Assembly: GCA_026026165.1 (NCBI GenBank)
Contig: JAPEUD010000054.1
Coordinates: 62,001 to 126,000 of the forward strand
Length of the DNA: 64,000 bases
Source of the DNA: Sarea resinae
Lineage: Eukaryota
Reading direction: 5' to 3'
Made by a program: the position numbers and the translations under genes. Every line of letters starts with the position of its first letter. Position 1 is the first letter of the stretch. Of the stretch, positions 62,101-64,000 are shown one piece after another. The notes below the pieces were generated by a model. The model saw only the letters and a program-made list of their open reading frames with translations. It was not told where the DNA came from and did not search any database.

Positions 62101-63009
62101 CGTAAGTTGTTTCCGCCACAGTAGTAGCATCAAGGCTAAAGAATCTTGCAGCACACCCAATACGTCAACGACCTCATCCGATTCTACCTCGACACCGTCC
62201 TCGACGTGCTGGAGAAGTCGGACGCCGCTCGTTCGACCCTGGCCCAAACCTACGAGACCTATCGTGCCCTGCGGCCGCCCAAACCGACATACCGCCAGTT
62301 CATCACCGAGAACATCGTCGACGAGGAATGGTGGCACAACCGGCTGCGGCTCCTGCAGCTTTTAGGTGGCAGCCACGGCGGCGGCGCCGAAAGAAGCGCA
62401 TCGCAGTACGACGTCTCTGCCGTACTCAGCCGCATCGAGCCCTTTGAAGACGAGCTCGTGCCGGAGATGATCATCCTGTACGGGCGGCAGGGGCGACACC
62501 AGCAAGCGCTGCGCCTGCTCACGCACGGGCTCGGCGACTTCGACGCGGCCATCAACTACTGCCTGCTCGGCGGGTCCTCGATCTTCCGGCCCTCGTCGCC
62601 GTCGCAGCTGGGCGCGGACGCGCTCCCCTCGCAGGCCGAGCAGGCGCGGCTGTTCGACTTCCTCCTGGCCGAGTTCCTGCGCATCGACAACGTCAGCGAC
62701 CGGGTCGAGCGCACGGGCGAGCTGCTCGAGCGCTTCGGCCGCTGGTTCGACCTCGAGCACGTCCTGGCCGTCATCCCGGACGACTGGTCCGTCGACCTCG
62801 TCGCTGGCTTCCTCGTCAGCACGCTCCGCGGCTTGGTCCGTGAGCGCAGCGAGTCCATGCTCGCGAGGGCGCTGAGCGGCGCTCAGAACCTCCAGGTCAG
62901 CGCCGCTTTGATCGAGAAGGCCGATGCCGTCGGGCCTGTAGTCGTTGGCGGTGGTGGCGGTAGCGGTAGCGGTAGCGGCGGCGGTAGTGGTGGCGGGCTT
63001 GACGAGTGA
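59164..63009 (+). CDS. Vps3/TGFBRAP1/Vam6-family CNH-domain protein (CORVET/HOPS accessory subunit), 3 exons
   Basis: Exon 1 MEPQD...YILRNL...ISCVELW, intron 59321-59378, then NLYIGTS.AEILHFV, GVQQILLLP...ACILCNGTLTFYTLPELSP, ACVADSHSYALL, GVGMFVNLDGD..RGT, YLEHLVF, and HQQALRLLTHGLGDFDAAINYC. Second intron at about 62102-62151. Confidence 0.88.
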
Positions 63010-63379
63010 AGGAAAAGGGAAAAGGAAAAAAGGGAAAAGGGGGGGTCAGTGGTGTGTACATTGACATTATTGAATGTGTAAAGTAGGTACATGTGCATAC
63101 GTCGTCGTGTCCGTTCGTCGTCTCGCGGTACTATCCTCATGATTTCCCAGGCGTTCGTTTGTTTGTTCGGCTTGGACGGGGCCCCGCGCGCATAGTGTTT
63201 TTCTCTCCCGACTTCAGGGGGGGGTTTTCTTCATTAGAGTAGGAAACGCGGGGGGTGTCTGTTCGTCTGTCTGTGTCATTGGAGCGGGGTGGGGTGGGGT
63301 GGGGTGATTGCTGCTGCTGCTATTGCCTATTGCGTTTTTTTGTTCTGCATCTGGATACATACGCAGTCTATCTTGTATG

Positions 63380-63427
63380 AATATCGAAACATCGGAACAT
63401 CGGAACATCCAAACATCCAAACATCTA
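63380..63427. repeat. Degenerate 8-bp tandem repeat (AACATCGG/AACATCCA) x6
   Basis: Seen directly. Confidence 0.8.
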
Positions 63428-64000
63428 ACGCCTGGCACCTAACACACTGGCATCTGACATACATTGGCATATAGCTAAGACGGTCCATCTAGATGCCAAG
63501 GATGCCAAGGACGGAAGGAAGGCAGGGGTGTGGGATGTATGCAGACAGATGTGGATAGAGAAGTATATAGAGTAGATGAGTAGATCGATGATCGATAGAT
63601 GAATGAATATATACACTGGACAAGAAGGATATACACAGAAGAAGAAGAAGAAAGAGAAGAAAGGGATACGAGAAAATCCGCAGTCCGTAGCAGCAAACAA
63701 GTGAAAGGTTGGATGGCAGTTGCTGTTGTAAGGTAAGGTAGTAAGGTAGCAAGGTGGCAGGGAGTCAGTTTAATGGTAGTGAGGAGCCGAGAAACTGATC
63801 GAATTGAATAAAATAGAATAGTAATGCAATATTTACCCAGCAGAGAAAGAAGAAAAAAAAAATAAAAAATAAAAAATAAAGAGCTCAAGAGAGACAAAAG
63901 GACGCGGACACGCACGCTATGCTATGCTATTGCAACGCTACGCATCCATCGCCAAAGCAAGAAAATCGACATCACCAACTGAACGCCTCCTCCAAGAAAT

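Overview
Eukaryotic genomic DNA from a filamentous ascomycete (Pezizomycotina), judged from short GT-AG introns with CTRAY branch points and recognisable fungal housekeeping genes. About 15 spliced or intact protein-coding genes can be modelled: a NIPA/DUF803 Mg transporter (5' part only), an acidic DUF2420/Rmr1-like protein, a secreted S33/TAP-like peptidase, delta-COP (RET2), APC4, importin-beta1 (KAP95), a GT8 Gnt1-like transferase, a kelch/TM protein, an intronless uncharacterised membrane protein, an Osh1/Osh2-type oxysterol-binding protein, ATP12, a SnoaL-like protein, a DUF3455 secreted protein, CASP/COY1 and a Vps3/TGFBRAP1-like CNH protein. I found no rRNA, tRNA, snRNA, CRISPR array or intact transposon. 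Accessory-looking stretches at 37.7-39.3 kb, 41.8-42.5 kb and 44.5-53.9 kb hold orphan, stop-interrupted or frameshifted ORFs. Other signals are a recurrent intergenic TACTCCGTA / TACTCCGGAGTA motif, GC3-rich microsatellite-dense islands around gene 3' ends, and a 55-aa HTH-like ORF below the ORF-track cutoff. No new system can be established from sequence alone; the findings are candidates. Family assignments come from motif recognition, not database searches.
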